A stretch of 64,000 nucleotides of DNA from Escherichia coli (GCF_024502345.1 NZ_JALDNN010000001.1), one strand, 5' to 3'; counted from the first letter of the stretch, positions 43,242 to 55,627 are shown. Numbers and translations are program-made. Notes: generated by a model not told the origin, from the sequence alone.

Positions 43242-43751
43242 ATGTCTTCCCGCAATAATCCGGCGCGTGTCGCCATCGTGATGGGGTCCAAAAGCGACTG
43301 GGCTACCATGCAGTTCGCCGCCGAAATCTTCGAAATCCTGAATGTCCCGCACCACGTTGAAGTGGTTTCTGCTCACCGCACCCCCGATAAACTGTTCAGC
43401 TTCGCCGAAAGCGCCGAAGAGAACGGTTATCAGGTGATTATTGCGGGCGCAGGTGGCGCAGCGCACCTGCCAGGCATGATTGCCGCCAAAACGCTGGTGC
43501 CGGTGCTGGGCGTGCCAGTACAGAGCGCCGCACTGAGCGGTGTCGATAGCCTCTACTCCATCGTACAAATGCCGCGCGGCATTCCGGTGGGTACGCTGGC
43601 GATTGGTAAAGCTGGCGCGGCAAACGCGGCATTACTGGCAGCACAAATTCTCGCGACTCACGATAAAGAGCTACACCAGCGTCTGAATGTCTGGCGCAAA
43701 GCCCAGACCGACGAAGTGCTGGAAAACCCGGACCCGCGAGGTGCGGCATGA
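43242..43751 (+). CDS. purE: N5-carboxyaminoimidazole ribonucleotide mutase PurE
   Basis: Start at [20 protein letters not shown] within ORF 43215..43751 (169 aa). Confidence 0.95.
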   Translation: MSSRNNPARVAIVMGSKSDWATMQFAAEIFEILNVPHHVEVVSAHRTPDKLFSFAESAEENGYQVIIAGAGGAAHLPGMIAAKTLVPVLGVPVQSAALSGVDSLYSIVQMPRGIPVGTLAIGKAGAANAALLAAQILATHDKELHQRLNVWRKAQTDEVLENPDPRGAA

Positions 43752-44815
43752 AACAGGTTTGCGTCCTCGGGAACGGGCAGTTAGGCCGTATGTTGCGCCA
43801 GGCCGGCGAACCGTTAGGCATTGCTGTCTGGCCGGTCGGGCTGGACGCTGAACCGGCGGCGGTGCCTTTTCAACAAAGCGTGATTACCGCTGAGATCGAA
43901 CGCTGGCCGGAAACCGCATTAACCCGCGAGCTGGCGCGCCATCCGGCCTTTGTGAACCGCGATGTGTTCCCGATTATTGCTGACCGTCTGACTCAGAAGC
44001 AGCTTTTCGATAAGCTCCACCTGCCGACTGCACCGTGGCAGTTACTTGCCGAACGCAGCGAGTGGCCTGCGGTGTTTGATCGTTTAGGTGAGCTGGCGAT
44101 TGTTAAGCGTCGCACTGGTGGCTATGACGGACGCGGTCAATGGCGTTTACGCGCCGATGAAACCGAACAGTTACCGGCTGAATGCTACGGCGAATGTATT
44201 GTCGAGCAGGGCATAAACTTCTCTGGTGAAGTGTCGCTGGTTGGTGCGCGCGGCTTTGATGGCAGCACCGTGTTTTATCCGCTGACGCATAACCTGCATC
44301 AGGACGGTATTTTGCGCACCAGCGTCGCTTTTCCGCAGGCCAACGCACAGCAGCAAGCGCAAGCCGAAGAGATGCTTTCGGCGATTATGCAGGAGCTGGG
44401 CTATGTAGGCGTGATGGCAATGGAGTGTTTTGTCACCCCGCAAGGTCTGTTGATCAACGAACTGGCACCGCGTGTGCATAACAGCGGTCACTGGACACAA
44501 AACGGTGCCAGCATCAGCCAGTTTGAGCTACATCTGCGGGCGATTACCGATCTGCCGTTACCGCAACCAGTGGTGAATAATCCGTCGGTGATGATCAATC
44601 TGATTGGTAGCGATGTGAATTATGACTGGCTGAAACTGCCGCTGGTGCATCTGCACTGGTACGACAAAGAAGTCCGTCCGGGCCGTAAAGTGGGGCATCT
44701 GAATTTGACCGACAGCGACACATCGCGTCTGTCCGCGACGCTGGAAGCCTTAATCCCGCTGCTGCCGCCGGAGTATGCCAGCGGCGTGATGTGGGCACAG
44801 AGTAAGTTCAGTTAA
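43748..44815 (+). CDS. purK: N5-carboxyaminoimidazole ribonucleotide synthetase PurK
   Basis: 355-aa ORF overlapping purE stop (ATP-grasp). Confidence 0.95.
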   Translation: MKQVCVLGNGQLGRMLRQAGEPLGIAVWPVGLDAEPAAVPFQQSVITAEIERWPETALTRELARHPAFVNRDVFPIIADRLTQKQLFDKLHLPTAPWQLLAERSEWPAVFDRLGELAIVKRRTGGYDGRGQWRLRADETEQLPAECYGECIVEQGINFSGEVSLVGARGFDGSTVFYPLTHNLHQDGILRTSVAFPQANAQQQAQAEEMLSAIMQELGYVGVMAMECFVTPQGLLINELAPRVHNSGHWTQNGASISQFELHLRAITDLPLPQPVVNNPSVMINLIGSDVNYDWLKLPLVHLHWYDKEVRPGRKVGHLNLTDSDTSRLSATLEALIPLLPPEYASGVMWAQSKFS

Positions 44816-44829
44816 CCTGGTGCTCATTT

Positions 44830-44945
44830 GATTGCCGGATGCGGCGTGAACGCCTTATCCGGCCTACACCGATCCGGTACCCATTGTAGGCCTGATAAGA
44901 CGCGTCAAGCGTCGCATCAGGCATGGTGCGCCGATTGCCGGATGC
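44830..44945. repeat. BIME / REP cluster between purK and arcC
   Basis: gccggatgcggcgtgaacgccttatccggcctac, gtaggcctgataagacgcgtcaagcgtcgcatcaggc, partial gccggatgc. Confidence 0.8.
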
Positions 44946-44953
44946 TCTCATCA

Positions 44954-45847
44954 CTACAGCGAAATACAGGTCCCCGCTTCGCCCGCCAGCGTCTCTTCAA
45001 TTCGCGATAACGCCCCAATCCACGCGGGTTTACCACGGCTTCTGACATAACCACTCACCGCCGTTACCTTCGGCCCCATCGAACCATCGGCTTTGGCAAA
45101 TGGCGCTAACTCATCCGGTGTGGTATGGCGAATGGCACGTTGCTGCGGCGTTCCCCAGTTTTCATATACCGCATCAGCATCGGTGAGGATCACCAGTCCA
45201 TCGGCATTAATCTGCTCGGCGAGCAACGCAGCGGCGAGATCTTTATCAATCACTGCTTCACTCCCTGCTCCGTCATCCGTCACAGGCACACCGCCGCCGC
45301 CACTGCAAATTACCACATGCCCCTCTTTGAGCAACAACTCGATGGCTTCGCTGTCGAGAATTTTACGCGGTTGCGGAGACGCCACCACCCGGCGTAAATA
45401 TTTACCATCACGTTTCATCTGCCAGCCGTAAGCCGCTTCCAGTGTCTCTTGTTCTTCTGGCTGATAAACCGGACCGATAAACTTCTCTGGCTGCAAAAAC
45501 GCCGGATCATCAGGCGAAACTTCAATGCGCGTCAGCACCGTCGTGACAGGCGGCATCTGCGGCTGTGCGCTCAAACTCTGCGCCAGCATATAGCCAATCA
45601 TCCCCTGACTTTCCGCTACCAGCACATCCAGCGGATACGGTTCTACCTCTTTCCACGCCAGATTCTGTAATGCCAGCAGCCCCACCTGCGGCCCGTTGCC
45701 GTGAACAATCGCCAGCCGATAAGAACGGGCCAGGCGCGCCAGCGCGGGCACAGCACTGGCAATATTGCGATATTGATTTTCTGCCGTCAGCGCCTCACCG
45801 CGCTGGAGTAAGGCGTTGCCCCCAAGAGCCACAACCAGTGTTTTCAT
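44954..45847 (-). CDS. arcC: Carbamate kinase-like protein (ArcC/YbcF)
   Basis: 297-aa [35 protein letters not shown]... Confidence 0.88.
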   Translation of the reverse strand: MKTLVVALGGNALLQRGEALTAENQYRNIASAVPALARLARSYRLAIVHGNGPQVGLLALQNLAWKEVEPYPLDVLVAESQGMIGYMLAQSLSAQPQMPPVTTVLTRIEVSPDDPAFLQPEKFIGPVYQPEEQETLEAAYGWQMKRDGKYLRRVVASPQPRKILDSEAIELLLKEGHVVICSGGGGVPVTDDGAGSEAVIDKDLAAALLAEQINADGLVILTDADAVYENWGTPQQRAIRHTTPDELAPFAKADGSMGPKVTAVSGYVRSRGKPAWIGALSRIEETLAGEAGTCISL

Positions 45848-46659
45848 GGTTTTCCTTGTAATAATTGTTGGCCAAGCCAGAACCCCAGCAGCGTATCTGC
45901 CCCTGACGTATGCCCCAGCGCCAGCAGCGAATCAATCGCAACAGCGGTACGTTTCGGGCAACTCAGAGCATGAACAAAGTGCAGGAGTGGCGAGGCGAAA
46001 TATCCTTGCGCGGCATAACGTAAATAACTGACGCTCACCGCTGTGGTAACGAGTTGCAGATTGTCGGAACAGGCAAAAAACGGGCGACCGGCGCGCGCAT
46101 CTAAAGCGCCATAATACCAGGCCGCCAGCAGCATTCCGCTCAACGTGTCATCATGACTTGGCGTTAATCCGGGGCCTTTACCCAGCCAGTGCCGCCAGTC
46201 GGTCTTAACGCCATTGAGCGCGGCCTGAAAACAGTGACGAAACTGGCGTAATTCAGCGGGCAGCGGATCGCTTGCCGCCATCGCCAGTGGCCCGAAAAGT
46301 CCGGTTTCCTCCGCGCGTTGCATCCATGCAGCTGCAAGCGGTTGAGGATGCGAAGGCGGCGTAATACGCAGCAAACAATAACGCTGTGGCTGTTTAACCG
46401 TAAAACGCCCGAGGCGAATCCCTTGAGCCACAACCTGTGGTCGTTCATTGCCGCATAATCCACCGCATAACGCATCGAATTGCGCGCGGCGAAGCACCCA
46501 TCCTCCGGGGCCGAAACCACTACCCTGACGATGCAGCGTTAACAGTTCGCCGCTTTCCGTCATCAGGTTAATCGCCCGCCGCCACACTCCCGCTAACCGC
46601 CAGGACTGGCGATAATTCGGTGCGCTACTGCTGGCAAGCAGAGGATGGATGATCGTCAT
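45844..46659 (-). CDS. ylbF: Uncharacterised protein YlbF (DUF2877 family)
   Basis: Start at [16 protein letters not shown] within ORF 45844..46752. Confidence 0.8.
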   Translation of the reverse strand: MTIIHPLLASSSAPNYRQSWRLAGVWRRAINLMTESGELLTLHRQGSGFGPGGWVLRRAQFDALCGGLCGNERPQVVAQGIRLGRFTVKQPQRYCLLRITPPSHPQPLAAAWMQRAEETGLFGPLAMAASDPLPAELRQFRHCFQAALNGVKTDWRHWLGKGPGLTPSHDDTLSGMLLAAWYYGALDARAGRPFFACSDNLQLVTTAVSVSYLRYAAQGYFASPLLHFVHALSCPKRTAVAIDSLLALGHTSGADTLLGFWLGQQLLQGKP

Positions 46660-46669
46660 TGCGCGTTCC

Positions 46670-47929
46670 TCAACCAATCCCCATGCTTTCAGCCAGTGCT
46701 TCCAGCGCCTGTTCAAAACACGCCAGCGGTGCCCGCACAGTGCCTGCGCCAATCTGCCCGATCCCCGCCTCTTTATGGGCGATACCGGTATTGATGAGTG
46801 GCGTAATGCCGGTTTCTACCACGCGACGAATATCCAGCCCCAGGCACGCGCCCTGAAAATCCCAGCCTGGGATCTGCAACTGCATATTGCGTTCAAGGTA
46901 AATTTCCGCCATCTCTTCAGATACCGCCCTGGCCGCTTCCATGCCACCCGCACCGACAAAGCGCGTTACGCCAGGCGCTGCGATCATTGCCGCACCTCCG
47001 ATACCAAAGGTTTCGGTAATCGCGCTATCGCCCATATCCGGGTTCGCCTGCTCCTGCGAGAAGCCGGTGAAAAACAGACCTTGCGGAGTGTTTACAGGCG
47101 CAGTAAACCAGCGTTCACCCAGCCCGCTTCCCCGAATCCCGAACATATTGCCGTTGCGGGTCATAGCCGTAACGATGCTGCCTGCGCGGATCATCGCGCC
47201 AGCATCCATCGCCGCCTTGCAGTAAGCCATCGCAAGGTTGAGGAAGAACTGATCGGTCACGCTGAGGAAATCCATCACTTCCGCGATGTGCTGTTTATCA
47301 TGATCGAGGCGAGCAATTTGTGGGGCCAGCGCACGCATTAACAGTGCTGAGGAAGCAATATTGCGTTGATGGAACTCATCGCCCATGGTAATGCCCTGCG
47401 CCATCATCGCCGTGAGATCGATACCGTGCTCCATGCGCCCCAGCGCCGCGCTTAATACTGGCATTAACACATCGCGCATCCAGCGATGGCGAGTCAGGAC
47501 ATCTTCGTCGTAAGCGCCAAAACGCATCACTTTGCCGATACCTTCGTTGAGGTTGCAGTACGCCCGGTTGCCGTCGGTCACGTTCTCGACCACCAGCATC
47601 GGCATACTGGCAGAAGTAATACCGCCCATTGGCCCGACGGCATTCACATGGTGACAAGGAATGAAGTTCACTTCCCCCTGCTCCAGCATCGCCAGTGCCT
47701 GCGCTTCATCTTTCGCCCAGCCTTCGAACAGACATGCGCCCACGCACGCCCCTTTCATGGGTCCGGTCATCTCCTGCCAGCGCATTGGCGGCCCGGCGTG
47801 AAGCAGTGTTTTGCCCTCGTTTAGTTCGCTGATAAGTGAAGACGCCGGTTGCACATCCAGCCAGTGTGGACGAGCACGACGAATTTGTTCGATAACCGCA
47901 GCATTGGCTTGCGCCACTGATGTAAACAT
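46670..47929 (-). CDS. ylbE: DUF1116 protein YlbE, intact reading frame
   Basis: Uninterrupted 419-aa [35 protein letters not shown]... Confidence 0.85.
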   Translation of the reverse strand: MFTSVAQANAAVIEQIRRARPHWLDVQPASSLISELNEGKTLLHAGPPMRWQEMTGPMKGACVGACLFEGWAKDEAQALAMLEQGEVNFIPCHHVNAVGPMGGITSASMPMLVVENVTDGNRAYCNLNEGIGKVMRFGAYDEDVLTRHRWMRDVLMPVLSAALGRMEHGIDLTAMMAQGITMGDEFHQRNIASSALLMRALAPQIARLDHDKQHIAEVMDFLSVTDQFFLNLAMAYCKAAMDAGAMIRAGSIVTAMTRNGNMFGIRGSGLGERWFTAPVNTPQGLFFTGFSQEQANPDMGDSAITETFGIGGAAMIAAPGVTRFVGAGGMEAARAVSEEMAEIYLERNMQLQIPGWDFQGACLGLDIRRVVETGITPLINTGIAHKEAGIGQIGAGTVRAPLACFEQALEALAESMGIG

Positions 47930-47938
47930 GGGAACCCC

Positions 47939-49606
47939 TTATTGCAAACGTTCTAATAAACGAGCCAGTTTTTTATTGCCGCCGGCGACTGGCGACCATT
48001 GGTAATGCACAACCGGTTTGCTGGCGCTTTGTAGCTCCAGCGCAAAGCTGCGTAATCCGATGTTAATCACGGCGACGTTTTCCAGTAATGACGGTGTGTG
48101 TTGCTGTGCGGCAGGCGAGAGCGGATGAATTAACGCTGCCGCCAGCAAGGTGGCTTCCAGTAGCGAACTCACGACCGCAATCCCCGCATCTTCCAGCGTG
48201 GCGATTTGCTGCGAGCGGCATTGCGGGTCACGTTCAGTGCCTGTCACCGTGGCAATGGCATACAGTGGTTGATTGTCTGAACGCGCAGCACAGGCTTTTT
48301 GCCAGGCGCTTACCAGCGAGGCGGCAGGATCGGCGGTCGCACCGAAGCCAATCACGACATCAAGCAGCAGCACACGCACTTGCGGTTTAGCGCCGAGATC
48401 GGTAATTAACTGGTTGCGTAAGGTTGGGTCGATCATCGGATGGGGACGCCCGACGGTGTAGAAATCATCGCCGAGGTCAATAATCTGGTGGCCATCGGCG
48501 TCGAGCATCATGCCGTGATGATGGGCATCATCGGCTTCCACGCCAAGGTGTCCGGCAAGTAATCCCGCCGCTTCGGCAGCCAGCGTACCGCCGGTATACA
48601 AACCGCAAATAAATCCGCTGCTGGCAGGCGTTATCGCGTTACGTCGCGCCGTAACGCGTGAAAGCAGGCAAGCCAGGCGTGCGGCCTCATCCAGCGAGGA
48701 GGCAAACCAGACATTCTCGTCGCGGGCCACCGCCGGGGTATAACCTAAAAACAGCGCCACCGTCGGTTTGCCGGTTGCTTTCATGGCATTAACAATTTTC
48801 AGACGCACAGCTTCGGCAGGCGGTTTTGAAACAAATGCCAGCACTTCGCTTTTCTCGTCTGCACTGAGCATTTCCAGCGCCGTCAGCGCACTGATGCCGC
48901 CCACTTCACGGCTGAGGTCGCGCCCGCCAAGGCCAATCGCGTGAGTAATTCCCTCCCCTGCCAGCGCAATCTGTGAGCACAGCTCCTGAATCCCGGTACC
49001 GGAAGCGCCAATGACGCCAATGTTGCCTTCCGGCATCACGTTAGCAAAAGCCAGCGGCGTGGCGGCAATCATCGATGTACCGCAGTCCGGCCCCATCACC
49101 AGCAAGCCTTTTTCCCGCGCGCGGGTTTTGAGTTGGATTTCATCTTCCAGCGTGACGTTATCGGAGAACATCATCACGTTGAGGTTGCGATCCAGCGCCT
49201 GATTCGCCAGCTCCGCCGCATACTCGCCAGCCACTGAAATCAGCGCCAGATTGGCATCGGATAATTTCTGACAGGCACTGTCCCAGCGACGCACCTGCGT
49301 CAACGCCTGGCTGCTGCCTGACCCCTGCGCCAGTTGTTTTAGCGCCTCTTCAAGCTGCTGCATAATCGCCAGCGCGATCCCCGCATCCGCCGCTTCGCTA
49401 CGAATTGCCACGCAAATATCGTTCGGCGTGGCGTTATTAAAATCGTCATGCCAGAAACCTGTGGTATCTAATAACGCTTTATTGGCGGGCGTACCCATCA
49501 TTACGGAAACATCATCAACATTTTCTGATTCGCTGAGTTTTCGTGAAATAATCATTAAACTGACCGAATCCTGAAAACACCCTTTTTTAATAAAGGCGTG
49601 GATCAT
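47939..49606 (-). CDS. fdrA: FdrA (acyl-CoA synthetase NAD(P)-binding-like protein)
   Basis: 555-aa ORF MIHAFIKKGCFQDSVSLMIISRKLSESENVDD... Confidence 0.88.
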   Translation of the reverse strand: MIHAFIKKGCFQDSVSLMIISRKLSESENVDDVSVMMGTPANKALLDTTGFWHDDFNNATPNDICVAIRSEAADAGIALAIMQQLEEALKQLAQGSGSSQALTQVRRWDSACQKLSDANLALISVAGEYAAELANQALDRNLNVMMFSDNVTLEDEIQLKTRAREKGLLVMGPDCGTSMIAATPLAFANVMPEGNIGVIGASGTGIQELCSQIALAGEGITHAIGLGGRDLSREVGGISALTALEMLSADEKSEVLAFVSKPPAEAVRLKIVNAMKATGKPTVALFLGYTPAVARDENVWFASSLDEAARLACLLSRVTARRNAITPASSGFICGLYTGGTLAAEAAGLLAGHLGVEADDAHHHGMMLDADGHQIIDLGDDFYTVGRPHPMIDPTLRNQLITDLGAKPQVRVLLLDVVIGFGATADPAASLVSAWQKACAARSDNQPLYAIATVTGTERDPQCRSQQIATLEDAGIAVVSSLLEATLLAAALIHPLSPAAQQHTPSLLENVAVINIGLRSFALELQSASKPVVHYQWSPVAGGNKKLARLLERLQ

Positions 49607-49922
49607 AACAACTCCTTAAAAATTGCACCCATGGCAATTGCACGAGCAGTGTTAATGTGGCGATTACGGTATCGATGACAACGGGTAAATAAGGTGATGA
49701 ATATCACACAGGGATTATTAACAAAAGAATTCAAATAACCGCCATGCTATTACGTGTTATTTTTTAATAAGCGTGGTTGTTTTAAAAACCAGGTTAAAAG
49801 CGAGCGGATTATCAAATAAATTCTAACTATATTTTTTTGCCTGTCTGGATCACATAATCCAGATATTTTCCCTGTATGTTAATTGCAGTCATGCTTCACA
49901 CCGTCGTTAAAAAGGAAGACAG

Positions 49923-50972
49923 ATGAAAATCAGTCGGGAAACACTCCACCAGCTAATTGAGAATAAACTCTGCCAGGCTGGGTTAAAACGTGAGCACGCT
50001 GCAACCGTGGCTGAAGTATTGGTTTACGCCGATGCCAGAGGGATCCACTCTCATGGCGCGGTGCGCGTGGAATACTACGCGGAACGCATTTCAAAAGGCG
50101 GCACCAACCGCGAACCGGAGTTTCGTCTTGAGGAAACCGGGCCGTGCTCGGCAATTTTACATGCCGACAATGCCGCCGGACAGGTCGCGGCGAAAATGGG
50201 TATGGAACATGCCATCAAAACCGCCCAGCAAAATGGCGTTGCGGTGGTCGGTATCAGCCGGATGGGTCACAGCGGCGCAATCTCTTATTTTGTGCAGCAG
50301 GCAGCCCGCGCCGGATTAATTGGCATTTCGATGTGCCAGTCCGATCCAATGGTGGTGCCGTTTGGCGGCGCGGAAATTTACTACGGTACTAACCCCCTGG
50401 CCTTTGCCGCGCCGGGAGAAGGCGACGAGATCCTTACCTTTGATATGGCGACTACCGTACAGGCATGGGGAAAAGTGCTCGACGCCCGCTCGCGTAATAT
50501 GTCTATCCCGGATACCTGGGCGGTCGATAAAAACGGTGCACCAACAACCGATCCGTTCGCGGTACATGCTCTGCTCCCCGCCGCCGGGCCAAAAGGGTAT
50601 GGCCTGATGATGATGATTGACGTCCTCTCAGGCGTCTTACTCGGCTTACCGTTCGGGCGACAGGTTAGTTCGATGTATGACGATTTACACGCAGGGCGTA
50701 ATTTAGGGCAATTACATATAGTTATTAATCCGAACTTTTTCTCCTCCAGCGAATTATTCCGTCAACATCTTAGACAGACCATGCGCGAATTAAATGCCAT
50801 TACCCCCGCGCCCGGTTTTAATCAGGTTTATTATCCCGGACAGGATCAGGATATTAAACAACGTAAAGCCGCCGTCGAAGGCATCGAAATTGTTGATGAT
50901 ATTTACCAGTATTTAATTTCCGACGCGCTTTATAACACGTCATACGAAACGAAAAATCCCTTTGCGCAATAA
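49923..50972 (+). CDS. allD: Ureidoglycolate dehydrogenase AllD
   Basis: 349-aa ORF MKISRETLHQLIENKLCQAGLKREHAATVAEVLVYADARGIHSHG... Confidence 0.92.
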   Translation: MKISRETLHQLIENKLCQAGLKREHAATVAEVLVYADARGIHSHGAVRVEYYAERISKGGTNREPEFRLEETGPCSAILHADNAAGQVAAKMGMEHAIKTAQQNGVAVVGISRMGHSGAISYFVQQAARAGLIGISMCQSDPMVVPFGGAEIYYGTNPLAFAAPGEGDEILTFDMATTVQAWGKVLDARSRNMSIPDTWAVDKNGAPTTDPFAVHALLPAAGPKGYGLMMMIDVLSGVLLGLPFGRQVSSMYDDLHAGRNLGQLHIVINPNFFSSSELFRQHLRQTMRELNAITPAPGFNQVYYPGQDQDIKQRKAAVEGIEIVDDIYQYLISDALYNTSYETKNPFAQ

Positions 50973-50993
50973 TTATTGAGACAGGACTTTCTT

Positions 50994-52229
50994 ATGATTA
51001 CACATTTCCGTCAAGCCATAGAAGAAACGCTACCCTGGCTTTCCTCTTTTGGCGCTGACCCAGCGGGTGGGATGACCCGTTTACTTTATTCGCCGGAATG
51101 GCTGGAAACCCAGCAGCAATTTAAAAAAAGAATGGCAGCAAGTGGGCTGGAAACACGTTTCGATGAAGTGGGGAATTTATACGGTCGCCTGAGTGGCACC
51201 GAATATCCACAGGAAGTGGTTCTGAGCGGTTCGCATATCGATACCGTGGTTAACGGCGGTAACCTCGACGGGCAATTCGGCGCGCTGGCGGCGTGGCTGG
51301 CAATTGACTGGTTGAAAACGCAATACGGCGCGCCGTTACGTACGGTCGAAGTGGTGGCGATGGCAGAAGAAGAAGGCAGCCGCTTCCCGTATGTCTTCTG
51401 GGGCAGTAAAAATATCTTTGGGCTGGCGAATCCTGACGACGTGCGGAATATCTATGATGCCAAAGGAAATAGTTTTGTCGATGCGATGAAGGCTTGCGGA
51501 TTTACTCTGCCGAACGCCCCACTAACTCCGCGTCAGGATATTAAAGCCTTTGTTGAACTGCATATTGAACAGGGCTGTGTGCTGGAAAGTAATGGTCAAT
51601 CAATTGGCGTGGTGAATGCAATTGTCGGGCAGCGTCGCTATACGGTGACGCTGAACGGCGAATCAAACCATGCAGGCACCACGCCGATGGGTTATCGTCG
51701 TGATACGGTTTACGCTTTCAGTCGCATTTGCCATCAGTCGATCGAAAAAGCGAAAAATATGGGCGATCCGCTGGTTCTGACCTTTGGCAAAGTAGAGCCG
51801 CGCCCGAATACGGTAAATGTGGTGCCGGGTAAAACCACGTTCACCATTGATTGTCGTCATACCGACGCTGCCGTGCTGCGTGATTTCACCCAACAGTTAG
51901 AAAACGACATGCGGGCGATTTGCGATGAAATGGACATTGGTATTGATATCGATTTATGGATGGACGAAGAACCCGTGCCGATGAATAAGGAGCTGGTCGC
52001 CACCCTGACAGAATTGTGTGAAAGAGAAAAACTGAATTACCGGGTGATGCACAGTGGTGCCGGGCACGACGCGCAAATTTTCGCGCCTCGCGTACCAACC
52101 TGCATGATTTTCATTCCCAGCATCAACGGGATCAGCCATAACCCGGCGGAACGCACCAATATTACCGACCTTGCCGAAGGGGTCAAAACGTTGGCACTCA
52201 TGCTTTATCAACTTGCCTGGCAGAAATAA
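50994..52229 (+). CDS. allC: Allantoate amidohydrolase AllC (M20 peptidase family)
   Basis: Start at MITHFRQAIEETLPWLSSFG within ORF 50976..52229 (411 aa). Confidence 0.92.
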   Translation: MITHFRQAIEETLPWLSSFGADPAGGMTRLLYSPEWLETQQQFKKRMAASGLETRFDEVGNLYGRLSGTEYPQEVVLSGSHIDTVVNGGNLDGQFGALAAWLAIDWLKTQYGAPLRTVEVVAMAEEEGSRFPYVFWGSKNIFGLANPDDVRNIYDAKGNSFVDAMKACGFTLPNAPLTPRQDIKAFVELHIEQGCVLESNGQSIGVVNAIVGQRRYTVTLNGESNHAGTTPMGYRRDTVYAFSRICHQSIEKAKNMGDPLVLTFGKVEPRPNTVNVVPGKTTFTIDCRHTDAAVLRDFTQQLENDMRAICDEMDIGIDIDLWMDEEPVPMNKELVATLTELCEREKLNYRVMHSGAGHDAQIFAPRVPTCMIFIPSINGISHNPAERTNITDLAEGVKTLALMLYQLAWQK

Positions 52230-52239
52230 GGAGTCATAA

Positions 52240-53025
52240 ATGGGATATTTAAATAACGTCACCGGTTACCGCGATGATTTACTGGCTAACCGTGCGATTG
52301 TTAAACACGGTAATTTCGCACTGTTAACCCCGGATGGTCTGGTAAAAAATATTATTCCGGGCTTTGAAAATTGTGACGCGACAATCCTCTCCACGCCAAA
52401 GCTGGGTGCCTCTTTTGTTGATTATCTGGTCACACTGCATCAAAACGGCGGCAACCAACAGGGCTTCGGTGGCGAAGGCATTGAAACGTTCCTGTATGTG
52501 ATCTCTGGAAATATCACTGCCAAAGCCGAAGGCAAAACATTTGCCTTAAGCGAAGGTGGCTATCTTTATTGCCCGCCAGGCTCCTTAATGACGTTTGTTA
52601 ACGCCCAGGACGAAGACAGCCAAATCTTTTTATATAAGCGCCGCTATGTTCCGGTAGAAGGCCATGCACCGTGGCTGGTTTCTGGCAATGCCAGCGAACT
52701 GGAACGCATTCATTATGAAGGCATGGACGATGTTATTCTGCTGGATTTTCTGCCCAAAGAGTTAGGTTTTGATATGAACATGCATATCCTCTCTTTTGCA
52801 CCAGGTGCCAGCCACGGTTATATCGAAACACATGTTCAGGAACACGGTGCCTATATTCTTTCCGGTCAGGGGGTTTATAACCTCGACAATAACTGGATCC
52901 CGGTGAAAAAAGGCGATTACATCTTTATGGGCGCTTATTCTTTACAGGCTGGTTATGGCGTAGGGCGTGGTGAAGCGTTCAGCTATATTTACTCGAAAGA
53001 TTGTAACCGCGACGTAGAGATTTAA
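52240..53025 (+). CDS. allE: (S)-ureidoglycine aminohydrolase AllE (YlbA, cupin)
   Basis: 261-aa ORF MGYLNNVTGYRDDLLANRAIVKHGNFALLTPDG... Confidence 0.9.
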   Translation: MGYLNNVTGYRDDLLANRAIVKHGNFALLTPDGLVKNIIPGFENCDATILSTPKLGASFVDYLVTLHQNGGNQQGFGGEGIETFLYVISGNITAKAEGKTFALSEGGYLYCPPGSLMTFVNAQDEDSQIFLYKRRYVPVEGHAPWLVSGNASELERIHYEGMDDVILLDFLPKELGFDMNMHILSFAPGASHGYIETHVQEHGAYILSGQGVYNLDNNWIPVKKGDYIFMGAYSLQAGYGVGRGEAFSYIYSKDCNRDVEI

Positions 53026-53152
53026 GTCATACCACTCGCCTGATTATTTTTAGCTATGTTGGATTTTGCCACGGTTTATACCGTGGCTTTTTTTGTAGTA
53101 AATTCAGGTAAAAAAGATGCGAAATAAATCGCATCCGCTTTAAAGGTAAGAG

Positions 53153-54298
53153 TCAGTTTTTAATTCCCTGACCTATTTTAATGGCGCAGGCAATATTTCG
53201 CGCGCTGTTGAAGAGATTGGTTTCACCGCTGGCGAGCACTTCGGCTAAAGGTGCCAGACGTGGCAAAATGCTGAATACCGCATCAATGCCGTACTGGTGT
53301 ACCACTTCCACGCCATCACCCAATACGCCAGCAATCCCAATCACCGGTACATTAAACTGCTTCGCCACCGACGCAACGCCCAGCGGCGCTTTACCGCCTG
53401 CCGTTTGCGAGTCAATGCGCCCTTCCCCGGTGATCACCAGTGCTGCCCCCTGCACCGCCTGCTCAAGGTTGACCGCACGCAGTACAATCTCAATGCCCGG
53501 TTTAATATCCGCATTGAGAAATACCGCCGCCGCAATACCCATACCGCCCGCAGCGCCGCCGCCCGCCATCTGGCAGACATTAATTTCAGTTTGCTGTTGT
53601 AAAACACGGGCGTAATTTTGCAGCCCCTGTTCCAGCTCTTCGACCATTTCCGGCGTTGCCCCTTTTTGCGGGCCAAACACCGCCGCCGCGCCGCGTGCCC
53701 CTACCAGCGGGTTATCAACGTCACATGCTACTTCAATATGGCAATTCGCCAGACGCGGATCGCATTCATCCATCTCAATGCTTGCCACGCGCGCTAAATT
53801 ACCGCCGTTAGCCACCAGCACCTGACCGTCGGCATCAAGGAAACGCACACCGAGCGCCTGCGCCATGCCCATACCACCGTCGACCGTCGCACTGCCGCCA
53901 ATGCCGAGAATAATATGGCGAATGCCGTTATCCAGCGCATGACGAATTAACTCCCCCGTACCAAAACTGGAGGCCAGCAACGGATTACGCTTTTCAGGCG
54001 CGACCAGCATCAGGCCACTTGCTGCCGCCATCTCAATCACCGCCGTTTTCCCGTCGCCGGTAAGGCCATAAAAAGCATTCACTTTTTCGCCCATCGGCCC
54101 GCAGACTTCAAGCGTCACGATGTTGCCGCCCGTCGCGGCGACCATCGCATCCACCGTTCCTTCGCCGCCATCCGCTATCGGCAAACAGATATAGTTCGCA
54201 TCGGGAAAGAGGGTCGAAAACCCGGCTTTAATTGCCTGACAACATTTTTCTGCACTTAAGCTCTCTTTAAAAGAGTCTGGCGCAATGACAATCTTCAT
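53153..54298 (-). CDS. glxK: Glycerate 2-kinase GlxK
   Basis: ORF 53153..54304; [27 protein letters not shown]... (381 aa). Confidence 0.92.
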   Translation of the reverse strand: MKIVIAPDSFKESLSAEKCCQAIKAGFSTLFPDANYICLPIADGGEGTVDAMVAATGGNIVTLEVCGPMGEKVNAFYGLTGDGKTAVIEMAAASGLMLVAPEKRNPLLASSFGTGELIRHALDNGIRHIILGIGGSATVDGGMGMAQALGVRFLDADGQVLVANGGNLARVASIEMDECDPRLANCHIEVACDVDNPLVGARGAAAVFGPQKGATPEMVEELEQGLQNYARVLQQQTEINVCQMAGGGAAGGMGIAAAVFLNADIKPGIEIVLRAVNLEQAVQGAALVITGEGRIDSQTAGGKAPLGVASVAKQFNVPVIGIAGVLGDGVEVVHQYGIDAVFSILPRLAPLAEVLASGETNLFNSARNIACAIKIGQGIKN

Positions 54299-54319
54299 TA
54301 TCAATCCTTTTTCAACAAA

Positions 54320-55627
54320 TTATTCGATACGTTCCCACGGAATAAGGTTATCCATAAGAACAGCCAGTAAAATCCCGACCAATAAGCCGTTACTGAGCAG
54401 AGGACGAAGCGTTAATGGAAGGTCTTGCAGATACACAGGCGGTAATGCCATTAAAAATATGCCGACAAATAACGGCAATGCGAGTCGATAAATATTGCGA
54501 GCGGTAAAGGTTATTTGCTGGCTAAACACCAGCGCGGAAAAGAGTAAAGGCAGATAAGAAACCAGCATGACCGCGCTACTCACGGGTAAAGGGATACTGC
54601 AAAACAGTCGTGTGAGTGCCGGAACCAGCGCCACCAGCAGGCAAATAACGCTGCCATAAATAAACGAACGCCGCGTGTAATCGCCTGTCTGGGTTAATAA
54701 ACCAATGGATGAAACAAACGGTGAAAATGGAATTACCGCCAGCGGTACGGTTATCAGCGTCATAAATCCGGTCGCCACAAAGCTGCGACGATAACGCGTA
54801 TTTCCCGCGCCCTGCTGCGGATAAAAAACATCCGTGCCCCGAATCGCACCGTAGGTATTGCTGATATTCACCAGACCTGTAATCACCGCCGTCAGAATAA
54901 TTCCCGGCGACAAAGCACCGCCACTGCCGAGCGGGAACCACTGCCAGTGCAACTCACCGGAGAGCGAATGCGAAGAAGGAAAGCAAAAGTACCACAACAA
55001 CCAGCCGGTTATCGTACCGACCAGCAGGCCATAACGGGCAAAACGTTGCGGCAGGAAAATAATCATCGCCAGTACCAGGCACATCACCGCCACCGAGAGC
55101 GCGAACGGTGGTAACTGAATTTTAAAATTTGGGTCGGCTATGCCAAACGGCAGCCCGAGCATACCTTTGAAAAAGATAGTGGTCAGCTGTGCGCCCAGCA
55201 TCAACATAAACAAGACCATCACCGACGGCGTAAATAACCGTGCCAGGCGATGGCCTAATCCGCTAAAACCAATCAACATCGTCAGCACGCCGGAGAGCGC
55301 AATCCCCACTGCCAGGCTGGTGGCGATATCGTTGATCGGTGTCCCGCGCGATGCTTCGCCAAGGGTGATAGTTAGGATGGTTCCCCACCACAGGCCCCCC
55401 GGCCCTTCCATAATAGCGCGACGATGGCCACAGAACGCCTGAGCGAAGCAGGCCAGTGCGGTAGCAAGAAAAGCATATTGTGTGAGTGTAAGCAGGCTAC
55501 TTTGCGGCAACTGAAAAGCAGAAAGTAGCGTAGGAGGAACCACAACCGTGTTGCAAAAAATAAAGAAAAACCACTGAAATCCTGATAACAGGCTTTCGCG
55601 GCTGACTGCAAAATTGAACATAAACAC
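54320..55627 (-). CDS. ybbY: Putative purine/allantoin-pathway permease YbbY (AllW), NCS2 family
   Basis: 435-aa multi-TM ORF. Confidence 0.85.
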   Translation of the reverse strand: MFMFNFAVSRESLLSGFQWFFFIFCNTVVVPPTLLSAFQLPQSSLLTLTQYAFLATALACFAQAFCGHRRAIMEGPGGLWWGTILTITLGEASRGTPINDIATSLAVGIALSGVLTMLIGFSGLGHRLARLFTPSVMVLFMLMLGAQLTTIFFKGMLGLPFGIADPNFKIQLPPFALSVAVMCLVLAMIIFLPQRFARYGLLVGTITGWLLWYFCFPSSHSLSGELHWQWFPLGSGGALSPGIILTAVITGLVNISNTYGAIRGTDVFYPQQGAGNTRYRRSFVATGFMTLITVPLAVIPFSPFVSSIGLLTQTGDYTRRSFIYGSVICLLVALVPALTRLFCSIPLPVSSAVMLVSYLPLLFSALVFSQQITFTARNIYRLALPLFVGIFLMALPPVYLQDLPLTLRPLLSNGLLVGILLAVLMDNLIPWERIE

